Assembly (NCBI GenBank): GCA_963809845.1
Contig: CAWELO010000013.1
Span: forward strand, 309,665 to 373,664
Reading direction: 5' to 3'
DNA: 64,000 nt
DNA from: an uncultured Verrucomicrobiae bacterium
Lineage (GTDB): Bacteria; Verrucomicrobiota; Verrucomicrobiia; Limisphaerales; UBA8199
Part shown: one piece after another, positions 63,575-64,000 of the stretch
Layout: every line of letters starts with the position of its first letter
Numbering within the stretch: position 1 is the stretch's first letter
The notes under the pieces: generated by a model
What the model was told of the DNA's origin: nothing
The model's input: only the letters and a program-made list of their open reading frames with translations
Databases searched by the model: none
Translations under genes and position numbers: made by a program

Positions 63575-64000
63575 ATGACTGTTCTAGCGAAGAAGTTCAA
63601 AGCCTCGCCCATCCACGCGCGAGTGGTGCCCTATATCCTGCTGGTAGCACTGACGGTAGCGCAGGACTCCTTTGCAGGCCCGGAACGTTACTGGCTTTAC
63701 TTCGGGAAGATACTGCTGGGGCTCTGGTGCGTCTGGGAGATGCGCTGGCTGGTGCCTGAGATGCGCTGGGCGTTTAGCTGGGAAGCCGTGGCGGTGGGGG
63801 TTTTTGTATTTGTTATTTGGGTGGGGTTGGACCCCTACTATCCCAAGCTCGAAGTCCTCTTTAAGGAAGGCGAACCATGGAACCCGTTCAAGCAGTTCGG
63901 AGCCGGCTCCGGCGCGGCCTGGTTCTTCGTCGCCGTGCGGACGCTTGGGTCCACGCTGATCGTGCCCCCGATTGAAGAGGCCTTTTACCGGTCCTTCCTC
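63575..64000 (+). CDS. CAAX prenyl protease-related (CPBP) membrane protein, runs off window end
   Basis: manual translation MTVLAKKF...ARVVPY...AVAVGVFVFVIWVGLD...PWNPF...LIVPPIEEAFYRSFL (EExxxR motif). Confidence 0.85.
   Translation, partial: MTVLAKKFKASPIHARVVPYILLVALTVAQDSFAGPERYWLYFGKILLGLWCVWEMRWLVPEMRWAFSWEAVAVGVFVFVIWVGLDPYYPKLEVLFKEGEPWNPFKQFGAGSGAAWFFVAVRTLGSTLIVPPIEEAFYRSFL

Overview
GC-rich bacterial chromosome segment whose gene content points to Verrucomicrobiota (Pedosphaera/Limisphaera-like); this is inferred from the planctomycete-type cytochrome c, the ECF-kinase pair and the Ig/NHL exoproteins. Bases 1-40.3 kb are mostly core or near-core genes: type II secretion parts (pseudopilins, GspF, GspA/GspB-like), ackA-xfp, xseB-dxs, mntH, prmA, rph, dsbD, cls, larE, yqjDEK-like, nadE, hisD-hisC. 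Several carry single-base frameshifts that look like long-read indel errors. Bases ~40.3-56.3 kb form a lower-GC patchwork island. Its cargo blocks (secreted propeller proteins, orphan membrane genes, an HTH-ImmA/IrrE peptidase + PIN pair, a TetR-SDR unit) are separated by co-oriented remnants of a RAYT-like Y1 (HUH) transposase element with inverted ends carrying a GGGT-NN-ACCC mini-hairpin. An IS4-family remnant sits in one of these ends. Bases 56.3-61.1 kb hold an ECF sigma / kinase-RDD-pseudokinase / secreted-protein unit with a shared, exactly spaced promoter-like motif. Several REP/REPIN-like palindromic elements occur between genes. No rRNA, tRNA or CRISPR array was recognised. All calls were made by eye, without database searches.
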